DNA from: Bacillota bacterium
GTDB lineage: Bacteria; Bacillota; Clostridia; Christensenellales; Aristaeellaceae
Direction of reading: 5' to 3'
NCBI GenBank assembly: GCA_023411375.1
Contig: JAEYOW010000050.1
Span: forward strand, 27,464-91,463
DNA: 64,000 bases
In this document: one piece after another, positions 1 through 7,597 of the stretch
How the letters are laid out: each line of letters starts with the position of its first letter
How positions within the stretch are numbered: the first letter of the stretch is position 1
The notes under the pieces: model-generated
The model's input: only the letters and a program-made list of their open reading frames with translations
Database searches by the model: none
Told to the model about the DNA's origin: nothing
Position numbers and translations under genes: made by a program

Positions 1-67
1 CATGGGAGATGATGCGCTCTATAAGGCGAAGCATGCCGGGAAAAATCGCTGCTCGATCAGCGCCTGA
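1..67 (+). CDS. GGDEF-domain diguanylate cyclase, C-terminal fragment (5' partial)
   Basis: Frame from position 2 reads ...GDDALYKAKHAGKNRCSISA* with TGA at 65-67. This is the typical tail of a GGDEF domain (DxALYxAKxxGRNR). The gene starts upstream of the window. Confidence 0.55.
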   Translation, partial: MGDDALYKAKHAGKNRCSISA

Positions 68-82
68 CGAAATACCGCCGCT

Positions 83-1330
83 TTATGGCTGGTGTGCGTA
101 AATTGTTTGCCGAAGCACGCTGCTTTCGGGATCTCGAAGCTCGCTTTGCAGATAGTCATAATACGCGCCGGGCGTAACAAAGCCGTTGGGCGGCAACAGA
201 TTAAGCCCGCCGCTGGCGGCAAGAATTTCCGCCATGGCGGCACAGTTGGTGCGCAGGGCGTTATATACGGCAAACTTGCCTTTTTTCACCTTATAGAACG
301 TTGCTCCGATCGCGTATTCGGGCCGTTGCTCGGGTTTCCACGGCTCGCAGGCCTCATGAAGCATCCGCGCCATTCCAGCTTCCATAGCCCCGGCATGCTC
401 GCGGGAAATTCCCAGCGTGAAGCCAATCAACAGTTTGTTTTCGATTTGCTGGCAATAGCGCAGATAGGGCGGCGTGCCGCACACCAGGAACGTGCCGTCC
501 GACAACAGGCCAAAAATGCGGTTGCTTTGCTCGTCGTAGCAGCCGTATGAATAGGTGTGCCCGCGAAGGCTTACGTCCACATGCCCAAAGCCGAAGGCCA
601 CGTCCTCGCCAAGGTGAAAAATTACGTCCAGTGTTTCCTCAAATGCGTGACGGGGAGGCGTGGGCTTTTCCTGAACGATGTTTTTGTCAAGCGTCTGATA
701 TTGCTCGCGCAGCCTGCGAAGCAGGATGGAAGGCAGCATCGCCGTTAGCAATACGGGCGGCTTGATGCGCAGGCGGCTTAATAGAGCGCTGCTTTCAACG
801 TTTCGGTTAATCAGCACGCCCAACATATCCATCAACTGCCATAACCCGTAGAGAATCAGAAACACGCCCGCCGTCCAACGAAGCGCCCTGCCGCTTGAAA
901 GGCTGGACAGCATTGCGATAGCCATCAGCAGAGAGATTACGCCCAGCAGAAAAAACTTGAGCTTTCCCTTTTCGTGCGTAAAAGAAAGCTGCGCCACGTA
1001 GCCAAACTGCACCGCGCTAACCAACAGCGACCACAGCCCGACCGCCAGCGTGACGCTGCCGCGCAGAAAATCGGGGAACAGCATAAGCAGCACCGCAACC
1101 GCGACCGATACCAGGCCGGAGATGAACGCGTGCGGATGCGGCTCTTTTTTTTGAAAAACGGACACGGCGATGGCGGGTAGGCCGTTAAGCAACAGCGCCG
1201 CGATACACAGCGCGTTTAACGAGCGTCCCACGCTCATCGGCTTTGCCAGTATAAGCAGGCCCAACCCGCTCATGGCCAGGAAACGGATGAGCAGGCTTAA
1301 AGGCGTCAGTGCTTTCAACGTCTTTTGCAT
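83..1330 (-). CDS. Polytopic membrane protein (HdeD/DUF308-like N-terminal helices) with a ~230-aa His/Cys-containing C-terminal soluble domain
   Basis: Track ORF 83..1384. Start trimmed to the ATG at 1330 (MQKTLKALTPLSLL...), which has a GGGGGA SD 9 nt upstream and avoids overlap with the upstream DtxR gene ending at 1347. The N-terminal half is repeated hydrophobic helices; the C-terminal half contains HVDVSLRGHTYSYGCYDE. Function unknown. Confidence 0.55.
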   Translation of the reverse strand: MQKTLKALTPLSLLIRFLAMSGLGLLILAKPMSVGRSLNALCIAALLLNGLPAIAVSVFQKKEPHPHAFISGLVSVAVAVLLMLFPDFLRGSVTLAVGLWSLLVSAVQFGYVAQLSFTHEKGKLKFFLLGVISLLMAIAMLSSLSSGRALRWTAGVFLILYGLWQLMDMLGVLINRNVESSALLSRLRIKPPVLLTAMLPSILLRRLREQYQTLDKNIVQEKPTPPRHAFEETLDVIFHLGEDVAFGFGHVDVSLRGHTYSYGCYDEQSNRIFGLLSDGTFLVCGTPPYLRYCQQIENKLLIGFTLGISREHAGAMEAGMARMLHEACEPWKPEQRPEYAIGATFYKVKKGKFAVYNALRTNCAAMAEILAASGGLNLLPPNGFVTPGAYYDYLQSELRDPESSVLRQTIYAHQP

Positions 1331-1346
1331 GGGAAGGTGTCCCCCG

Positions 1347-1715
1347 CTATTTTTTTTCGTTTGCATGGCGGCGAATAGCGTCAAAGCTTTCGTCGCTCAG
1401 GTCATGCTCGATTTTGCATGCGTCGGCGCGCGCGGTCTGCTCGCTTACGCCAAGCCGGATTAAAAACCCGGTCAGCATCTTATGGCGCTCCAAAATGCGC
1501 CCGGCGATAACGGCGCCGCTCTCGGTCAGGGTAATCCGGTTATCGTCCCCCATAACAATATAGCCGTTTTCACGAAGCTTTTTCATGGCGAAGCTGACGG
1601 AGGGTTTTGTGACGTTCAGATGCGCGGCGATATCCACCGATCTCGCGAAACCGTGCTCTTCGCACAGCATCAGAATTGTTTCCAAATAGTCTTCGGCGGA
1701 TTCATAAATGTTCAT
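1347..1715 (-). CDS. DtxR/MntR-family metal-dependent transcriptional repressor
   Basis: MNIYESAEDYLETILML...VDIAAHLNVTKPSVSFAMKKLRENGYI is a DtxR-type HTH followed by a dimerization region. Start moved to the ATG at 1715, which has AGGAGGT 7 nt upstream; the GTG at 1724 has no usable SD spacing. Confidence 0.85.
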   Translation of the reverse strand: MNIYESAEDYLETILMLCEEHGFARSVDIAAHLNVTKPSVSFAMKKLRENGYIVMGDDNRITLTESGAVIAGRILERHKMLTGFLIRLGVSEQTARADACKIEHDLSDESFDAIRRHANEKK

Positions 1716-1784
1716 TCGCTGCACCTCCTTTCGCTTATCCTAACACATTTTCATAGGAAAAACAATGGCGTTCCGGATGTGACG

Positions 1785-1856
1785 GATACATGCGGATCGA
1801 ATGTATTCTTGACAGAAACCGTTTTTTGATGATAGAATACATACGAAACGAATGTA
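1785..1856. promoter_or_regulatory. Divergent control region: two ATACAT-N9-ATGTAT inverted-repeat operators (1785-1805, 1836-1856) flanking a sigmaA-like promoter TTGACA(1808-1813)-18-TAGAAT(1832-1837) for the TetR gene
   Basis: Direct reading: ATACATgcggatcgaATGTAT and ATACATacgaaacgaATGTAT. The second overlaps the -10 and the likely transcription start site of the TetR gene. This layout is typical of an autoregulated TetR operator. Confidence 0.45.
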
Positions 1857-1867
1857 TGAGAGGTTTG

Positions 1868-2521
1868 ATGAACGAAATGGCCCGCAACAAATACCCTGAA
1901 ATGACCGTTGAAAAGATACTGGATGTTTCCAAGCGCCTGTTTCTGGAAAAGGGGTTTGATAACACCACCATTCAGGATATTGTTGACGGTTTGGATGGGT
2001 TAACAAAGGGCGCGGTTTACCATCACTTCAAATCTAAGGAGGAAATTCTGGACGCGCTGGGCAACAGTATGTTTTTTGAAGATAATCCGTTTACGCTGAT
2101 TGAAAGCCGGACGGATTTAAGCGGGCTCGAAAAAATGCGAGAGGTCATACGGCTGTACCATTCCAGCCGGGAGCGGGAGGAATTGAGCAGACAAAGCGTT
2201 CCGCTGCTCAAAAATCCACGTATTTTGGCCGGAATGCTCGAGTCGGACCGGACCGTTCTTGCTCCGCTATGGCTTAGGCTGATGGAGGAGGGAAACCGGG
2301 ACGGTTCGATTCATACGCAATTCGCCAGGGAACTTTCGCAGGTGATTCCGATGCTGACTGGCCTTTGGTTGGCGCCCTCCGTTTATCCCGCGTCCAAGGA
2401 TGAAATCAGGCAAAAGCTCCGTTTTATCGCAAGATTGCTGGAAAGTATGGGCGTGCCGCTTGTGGACGACGGTATGATGGCTTTGATGAACCAAATTCTT
2501 GACAGGTTCGAGGGGATATGA
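1868..2521 (+). CDS. TetR/AcrR-family transcriptional regulator
   Basis: N-terminal HTH KGFDNTTIQDIVDGLDGLTKGAVYHHFKSKEEIL. Start trimmed to the ATG at 1868 (MNEMARNKYPEMTVEKILD...), which has GAGAGG just upstream. Confidence 0.85.
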   Translation: MNEMARNKYPEMTVEKILDVSKRLFLEKGFDNTTIQDIVDGLDGLTKGAVYHHFKSKEEILDALGNSMFFEDNPFTLIESRTDLSGLEKMREVIRLYHSSREREELSRQSVPLLKNPRILAGMLESDRTVLAPLWLRLMEEGNRDGSIHTQFARELSQVIPMLTGLWLAPSVYPASKDEIRQKLRFIARLLESMGVPLVDDGMMALMNQILDRFEGI

Positions 2522-2562
2522 TCACGGGAGCCGCCCAATATGGGCGGCCTCCCCTTGCCAAT

Positions 2563-2583
2563 ATACATTCATATAAAATGTAT
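2563..2583. promoter_or_regulatory. Third copy of the ATACAT-N9-ATGTAT operator, immediately upstream of the 2598 gene
   Basis: ATACATtcatataaaATGTAT lies 15 nt before the RBS/ATG of the repeat-containing small protein. It is preceded by a GGAGCCGCCCA-ata-TGGGCGGCCTCC hairpin (2527-2550) downstream of the TetR gene. Confidence 0.4.
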
Positions 2584-2597
2584 GAAAGAAAGGACGA

Positions 2598-2921
2598 ATG
2601 ATGACACAGGAAGAATTCGAACAGAAGGTAGAGCATGCTGCGGGCCGGTTTGATCAGAGGGTTGAGGATGCGGCGGCGCGCTTTGAACAAAGGGTGGAGG
2701 ATGCTGCCGACCGCTTTGACAGAGGGATAACGAGCAGATGGAAAAACCGGTCTTTTCGCGTCGCGGTCAAGTCCGTGTCCGTGGCGGCGGAAATCGGGCT
2801 GCTTATTGCGGCAACTTATCTATCCGCACGGGGCTTTGGAGCCGCCGCCTGTTGTTTTTGGCTGGGGCTGCTCGGACTTGCCTGCGAAGTGGTGCTGGCG
2901 ATTGTTTTCAGGCAAAAGTAA
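2598..2921 (+). CDS. Small membrane-anchored protein with three tandem RF(D/E)QRVEDAA repeats
   Basis: AGRFDQRVEDAAARFEQRVEDAADRFDRG is encoded by ~30-bp tandem DNA repeats at 2639-2728, followed by two hydrophobic helices. No recognized family. Confidence 0.5.
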   Translation: MMTQEEFEQKVEHAAGRFDQRVEDAAARFEQRVEDAADRFDRGITSRWKNRSFRVAVKSVSVAAEIGLLIAATYLSARGFGAAACCFWLGLLGLACEVVLAIVFRQK

Positions 2922-2962
2922 AAGGGATATCCTTGGCCGCGGATACAGGGGACTAATGGGTC

Positions 2963-2991
2963 TTTTCCATCTGCCCGGCCTGTGGTATAAT
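2963..2991 (+). promoter_or_regulatory. Putative extended -10 promoter (tgTGgTATAAT) for the MFS transporter leader
   Basis: TATAAT at 2986-2991 with TG at 2983-2984. The -35 (TTTTCC) is weak. Confidence 0.35.
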
Positions 2992-3158
2992 GGCCGTAAT
3001 CCATCAACGAAAGGCGGCGGGCAAATGTTACTTTGCATCGTAAAGGCTCCATGCAAGGTCTGATGTAGGACGAACCCGCATGGAGCCGGCCTCTTTCGTC
3101 CATCGGGCTTTGCATTTTGAAGGTTTATTATTAACCTGACGAAGGAGCAAAGTCTATC

Positions 3159-4493
3159 ATGAAAATTCAAAAACAAAACATAAAACAGCTTCGGCCGTTT
3201 CTCCTTTTGTGGAGCACGCAGTCGTTTTCAGCGCTTGGCAGCGCGATGACCAGCTTTGCGTTGGTAATCTGGTCCTATCAGCAGGAAGGTTCCGCGCTCA
3301 CCACGGCGCTTATGACCATCTGTTCCTACGCCCCGTATGTGCTTATGAGCATTTTTGCGGGCGCGCTGAGCGACCGGTGGGACCAACGGCGAACCATGCT
3401 GATCAGCGACGGCTTTGCCGCGCTTTGCACACTTGTGGTGCTTGCGTTGTTGAAAACCGGAGCGCTTGCCATCTGGCATCTGTATGTGCTTAACGCGCTG
3501 ACGGGATTGATGAACACGGTGCAGCAGCCCGCGTCCGCCGTTGCGGTCAGCCTGCTTGTGCCAAAGGAGCAGTATCAGCGCGTGGGCGGAATGCAGGCGT
3601 TTGGCAACGCGCTGGTGACGGTGCTGACCCCTGTGCTGGCCTCTGCCGCGCTTGCTTTCTTCGGCCTGGACGCGGTGATTTTGTTCGACCTTTTCACCTG
3701 CGCCGCCGCGATGGTCACGCTTTCATGCTTTATTCACCTGCCCGAGAAAACAGCCCGGCGGATGAAAAAGGAACCCGTGCTGGCCGCCGCGAAAAGCGGG
3801 CTCGTCTATCTCCGGCAAAACCGGGGTGTGCTGGATTTGATCCTGTTTCTGGCAGCCATCAACCTGACCGCCTCGCTGTACAACGCGGCGCTGCCGGCCA
3901 TGCTGCTCTCCCGACCAAACGGGGGAGAAACGGTTCTGGGCCTGGTAAACGCCTGTACCGGGTTGGCGACGCTTGTGGGCAGCGTGATCGTATCCATCAG
4001 GCCTGCGCCCAAAAGCCGCGTGAGAGTCATCTTAAACGCGCTGCTTTTTTCCATGAGCACTGAAAACCTGATGCTCGCACTCGGCCGCAGCGTGCCCGTG
4101 TGGTGCGCCGCCGCGGTGCTGGGCTGGCTGTTCATCCCCGTGATGAACGCCAATATGGACGCGCTGCTGCGCACTTATATCCCCATTGACATGCAGGGGC
4201 GCGTGTACTCGGCGCGCAATACGCTCCAGTTTTTTACCATCCCGCTGGGATATTTGCTGGGCGGCTATCTGGTGGACCGGGTGCTTGAGCCGCTGATGGC
4301 GGTGGACACAGGCGGGCCTCTTTTCAGCCTGCTGGGCAGCGGAAAGGGCGCGGGTGCGGCGCTGCTGTTTTTAATTGCGGCGGCGCTGGGGGTTATCACC
4401 TGCCTGGCGTTTCGTTGCGACAGGCGCCTATGGGCGCTGGAAAAGGGAGGGACACCACCTCTGAGTGAATCGACGGCAGAATTGGGCGAATGA
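3159..4493 (+). CDS. MFS transporter (DHA3/EntS-like efflux permease)
   Basis: About 12 predicted TM helices with the MFS motif region ...SDRWDQRRTMLISDGFAAL. RBS GAAGGAG lies before the ATG at 3159. Confidence 0.85.
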   Translation: MKIQKQNIKQLRPFLLLWSTQSFSALGSAMTSFALVIWSYQQEGSALTTALMTICSYAPYVLMSIFAGALSDRWDQRRTMLISDGFAALCTLVVLALLKTGALAIWHLYVLNALTGLMNTVQQPASAVAVSLLVPKEQYQRVGGMQAFGNALVTVLTPVLASAALAFFGLDAVILFDLFTCAAAMVTLSCFIHLPEKTARRMKKEPVLAAAKSGLVYLRQNRGVLDLILFLAAINLTASLYNAALPAMLLSRPNGGETVLGLVNACTGLATLVGSVIVSIRPAPKSRVRVILNALLFSMSTENLMLALGRSVPVWCAAAVLGWLFIPVMNANMDALLRTYIPIDMQGRVYSARNTLQFFTIPLGYLLGGYLVDRVLEPLMAVDTGGPLFSLLGSGKGAGAALLFLIAAALGVITCLAFRCDRRLWALEKGGTPPLSESTAELGE

Positions 4494-4509
4494 CTGCTCA
4501 AAAAAACAT

Positions 4510-4552
4510 AAGGAAGCGTCTGGGAATGGCATCCGGGCGCTTCCTTCAAAAA
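4510..4552 (-). terminator. Intrinsic terminator hairpin, mainly for the - strand operon
   Basis: AAGGAAGCGtCtGGG-aatggca-TCCGGGCGCTTCCTT followed on the - strand by a U-run (plus-strand caaaaag). Sits between the convergent MFS and the zinc-ribbon membrane gene. Confidence 0.5.
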
Positions 4553-4607
4553 GCAAGGATAATCGAATTTATGCTTTGTGCAAGCGGTTCATTCCCCTGC
4601 GCGTTTG

Positions 4608-5279
4608 CTAGATAAAAAGACGCTTCTCCAGCTTTTCACGCAAGGTCGGGCTAAAGGCGAGCGTCAGCAGGAATGTGCCGACGGTCAGAAAGCACACCAT
4701 CACATAGGGGGACCATTGCAAGCCTTCTCCGCCAAAAGTGAAATGAAGAAGCGCCTCCAAAAGCAGCAGGAAAACGCCGACCATCATCCATGATCCACCG
4801 GAAATGGCAAGCGCATGCCGTGGATACCGCTTTACCAGAAACGTCAGCGCCTGCGAAAATAAATACAGCGTGAGAACAATTGGCAGTGCCAGAGTGAGAA
4901 ACCAGCGCCCGCCGGCGATCTGTTCGATCGCCCAGAGATATACGGCCAGCAGACCAAAGTTAAGGGCTCCTGACAGGCATTCCCTCGCCTTTGATACCAG
5001 CAGGGGAAAAATCACCCAGAAGTAAACAAGCACAACCGCGCCCATGACATATACCGACCAGCTCAAGCCGTTGTTTAGTGCCAGATCAGTCGCCAGCACC
5101 ACGGCAATTACATGCAGGCAAAGCGCTAAAAACAGCAGGTTTAAACGAGTTTTGCGGCGCAGCCGCCCGCGGCAGGGAGCGGGGGTTTCCGGCGCGGGCA
5201 TGGGATGAACCGGGGTTTCGCACAGCGGGCACCTGTCTGTTGATTTCATTAACTCCACGCCGCAATGGGCACAATACAT
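4608..5279 (-). CDS. Zinc-ribbon (CxxC...CxxC) N-terminal domain fused to a ~6-TM membrane domain
   Basis: MYCAHCGVELMKSTDRCPLCETPV followed by hydrophobic helices. The ATG at 5279 has GAGGTGA 6 nt upstream and lies 5 nt after the stop of the upstream gene; the GTG at 5288 overlaps that stop. Confidence 0.6.
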   Translation of the reverse strand: MYCAHCGVELMKSTDRCPLCETPVHPMPAPETPAPCRGRLRRKTRLNLLFLALCLHVIAVVLATDLALNNGLSWSVYVMGAVVLVYFWVIFPLLVSKARECLSGALNFGLLAVYLWAIEQIAGGRWFLTLALPIVLTLYLFSQALTFLVKRYPRHALAISGGSWMMVGVFLLLLEALLHFTFGGEGLQWSPYVMVCFLTVGTFLLTLAFSPTLREKLEKRLFI

Positions 5280-5284
5280 CAGCG

Positions 5285-6598
5285 TCACCTCATGTTGCTT
5301 TCCACGCCCGCCTCAAGCCCAAGCCCGCGCAAGACGTTATAAAACGCATATTCCAGCGTTGGTTCCTGGTAACACCGGCAAAACTGCATCCGCACCGTGG
5401 AGGCATAGGAAATCATCGCGCAGCTATTGGCTGATTGGGGATGAGCGTCCATCAGGCACCGAATGTCCCTTATGTATTCGCACATGACATCTGGAAGATC
5501 AATTTCGCCAAGATTTGAAAGGGACAGGCAGCAGTTTCCATTGCCAAAAAGCTGATATGCAGCTTTCATGGCCAGGTTTTTCAGAGGCAGAGGCAGCAGG
5601 CGAACGAGAAGCGAACGTTCGGTTCTGACATTGGTTGCGGCGCATGCGGCCATTTCCTTACGGGTAATGAGCGTGCCCATCTGACATCGAACGGATTGGC
5701 AGATTTCATCAAAATCCCATTCTCCCAGATTGGGATTGATGTTGGCTGTGGGGCACAGCGAGAAGTTCCGTAATGTTTGACTCGGATACAACCTGCGTAG
5801 ATTAACGGGAATGCCAATGGCAATCTCACGCTGCTTGGAACCGGACGCGCGATTTCGCTGGATTTGATAAAGCGCCTGCATCATGGCGGCGCACATAAGC
5901 CCAGTAAGCGTTACGCCGTGCGCCTTTGCGCATGAAAGTGCCTCTTTAAGGGAATATGATAAAATTGTATAAGTCAGGTATTTTTCTTTTGGAAGCGTGT
6001 CTTTTAACTGATAGGCTTTTACCTCGGATCGCTTTTGCGGCCATGGCCCGGCAAATTTGGGAAAACAATCCTCCAGCTCTTCCGCCTTTACCGGCTCGCG
6101 TCTGTCCAGAACGCCTTGCTCGCAGGGAATCGCGATGCCATATTTCTGTGTTAGATATTCTGCGAGAAGGGATTTAAAGAAGGTGATTGAACCGCTTCCG
6201 TCCGACACGGCGTGAAAAAACTCGAGCGACAGGGAAGGCCCGTCAACCAGCACGCGAAAGCCACATCTGCGGATTTCGCGAAAGGAGCGGTGCGTCAGAG
6301 GATAGGCCTTTTCAGCTTCAATGGGCGGTACGGCTACCGTAGGCTCAAAGTAATACCAGAACAGGCCCCGGTGCAATGTGACGGCAATGGACGGAAAGCG
6401 CGGCATGGTGATAGCCAGGGCAGATCTCAAAATGTCCGAATCGACGTTTTCACTCAACGTTGCCGTCCAACGGTATTGATGGTTCTGCGTCCGAGAATAG
6501 GTTGCCGGGTAAATCTTTGCGGCGTTATCAAGCTTAAACCAGGTTCTCTGAGGCGAGGGGGCTAACGGCGCCCGCCCGTTTTCTGCTTCCTCTTTCAT
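5285..6598 (-). CDS. HxxxD-motif acyltransferase of the condensation / alcohol-acetyltransferase (WS-DGAT/PapA5-like) superfamily
   Basis: FFHAVSDGSG (HxxxDG catalytic motif) about 150 aa from the N-terminus, and N-terminal WFKLDNAAKIYPA. Start trimmed to the ATG at 6598 (MKEEAENGR...), which has GGAG in CGAAGGAGAAGAGAG upstream. Confidence 0.65.
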   Translation of the reverse strand: MKEEAENGRAPLAPSPQRTWFKLDNAAKIYPATYSRTQNHQYRWTATLSENVDSDILRSALAITMPRFPSIAVTLHRGLFWYYFEPTVAVPPIEAEKAYPLTHRSFREIRRCGFRVLVDGPSLSLEFFHAVSDGSGSITFFKSLLAEYLTQKYGIAIPCEQGVLDRREPVKAEELEDCFPKFAGPWPQKRSEVKAYQLKDTLPKEKYLTYTILSYSLKEALSCAKAHGVTLTGLMCAAMMQALYQIQRNRASGSKQREIAIGIPVNLRRLYPSQTLRNFSLCPTANINPNLGEWDFDEICQSVRCQMGTLITRKEMAACAATNVRTERSLLVRLLPLPLKNLAMKAAYQLFGNGNCCLSLSNLGEIDLPDVMCEYIRDIRCLMDAHPQSANSCAMISYASTVRMQFCRCYQEPTLEYAFYNVLRGLGLEAGVESNMR

Positions 6599-6845
6599 CT
6601 CTCTTCTCCTTCGCATAAGCCCATATTCATCTGACTCAATCAAAATTGAGAACTGGCAGGATGGCGTGTCCGGCAACCGCTGGGGCATGACGGTCCAACC
6701 CTTATACTGTCAATGGCTGATGCGCATGATCAAATCAACGATTTCCTTTATGCCCTTCTCAGTCATCAGGTCGCTGGCTACGGACAGAATATGCAGCCGC
6801 GTATCCGCCCGCGACTTGACGCCGCTCTCCTCTTTTCCATCCTGT

Positions 6846-6905
6846 CCGCTCATCTGTCTGCCTCCAATCGGTCAACCGACCGAATGGAGGCAGACAGATG
6901 AGCGG
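6846..6905. repeat. Perfect 21-bp inverted repeat (CCGCTCATCTGTCTGCCTCCA / TGGAGGCAGACAGATGAGCGG) with an 18-nt loop that itself holds a TCGGTC/GACCGA palindrome
   Basis: Read directly: arms 6846-6866 and 6885-6905. Each arm carries GGAGG followed 8 nt later by ATG when read outward. Not followed by a U-run on either strand. Confidence 0.9.
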
Positions 6906-7053
6906 ACAATCGTCGCGCGATTCTCAACACAAATTTGCCGGCAAAATAGCATGAGCATCAAGAATGTCAAAAAACCGCAACCCACCAAAAATCATGGGTT
7001 TACGGCTTTTCTACTGCGCCTATCATACCATAAAAAGGATGAAAAGTCAAGTC

Positions 7054-7082
7054 TTGCATCCACCACGCAGGGCGCGTATACT
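7054..7082 (+). promoter_or_regulatory. sigmaA-like promoter TTGCAT-17-TATACT for the 7104 operon
   Basis: TTGCAT 7054-7059 and TATACT 7077-7082, placing the start site about 15 nt before the ATG. The GGAGGTG SD is at 7091-7097. Confidence 0.4.
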
Positions 7083-7103
7083 GCGAAACCGGAGGTGGTT
7101 TTA

Positions 7104-7574
7104 ATGGAAAACCGCATGGAAATACGGCCTGCTGCGCTTCAACTGGCGGCGGCCGGGAATGAGCTAGCCGCAAGTAACTCGCTTTCTCAACGCTATGGCC
7201 TGTCGCTTACGGACGCTGAAATTCAGACGCTGGCGGAGTGCCGCGCTTCCGCTTTGCGCGACACTGGGCGCGTAGAGTTTGGCGGCGGTGTGCTGCCCGT
7301 ATTGATCTACGCGTTTTGCGATTCGCCCTACCTGACGCGTGAAAACTACCTGGATACGTTGATAGAATTGCAGGACTCTTTTTATTATTTCAAGAATGAA
7401 TCAGCAGGTTGGTTGTCGGACGACGAGCTGATCGAAGCGATGAGGGATGTGTTTAACGGCGTGGCGCAGGGCTCGCTTGATTATCTGGCAGGAACCTCTC
7501 TGGAGGAGCTGTGCCGCGATGCGCGGGCAGGCCGGGGCCTGATACGCGCAGACGCGCCCGAGGGCTGGAAGTGA
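7104..7574 (+). CDS. Uncharacterized conserved protein, 156 aa, first gene of a coupled triplet
   Basis: ATG at 7104 with SD GGAGGTG; the 5' part of track ORF 6666..7574 has no RBS and overlaps the intergenic IR. The stop TGA at 7572-7574 overlaps a GTG at 7571. Confidence 0.65.
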   Translation: MENRMEIRPAALQLAAAGNELAASNSLSQRYGLSLTDAEIQTLAECRASALRDTGRVEFGGGVLPVLIYAFCDSPYLTRENYLDTLIELQDSFYYFKNESAGWLSDDELIEAMRDVFNGVAQGSLDYLAGTSLEELCRDARAGRGLIRADAPEGWK

Positions 7575-7597
7575 CGCGCGCCGTGAACGGAACGGAT

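Noticed and set aside
6713-6901. 62-aa + strand ORF through the inverted repeat (and the 5' 146 codons of track ORF 6666..7574)
   Set aside because: No SD. It runs antisense to the better-supported 47-aa - strand ORF and through the palindrome, and its stop is simply the TGA created by the IR arm. The real + strand gene begins at 7104 with promoter and SD.
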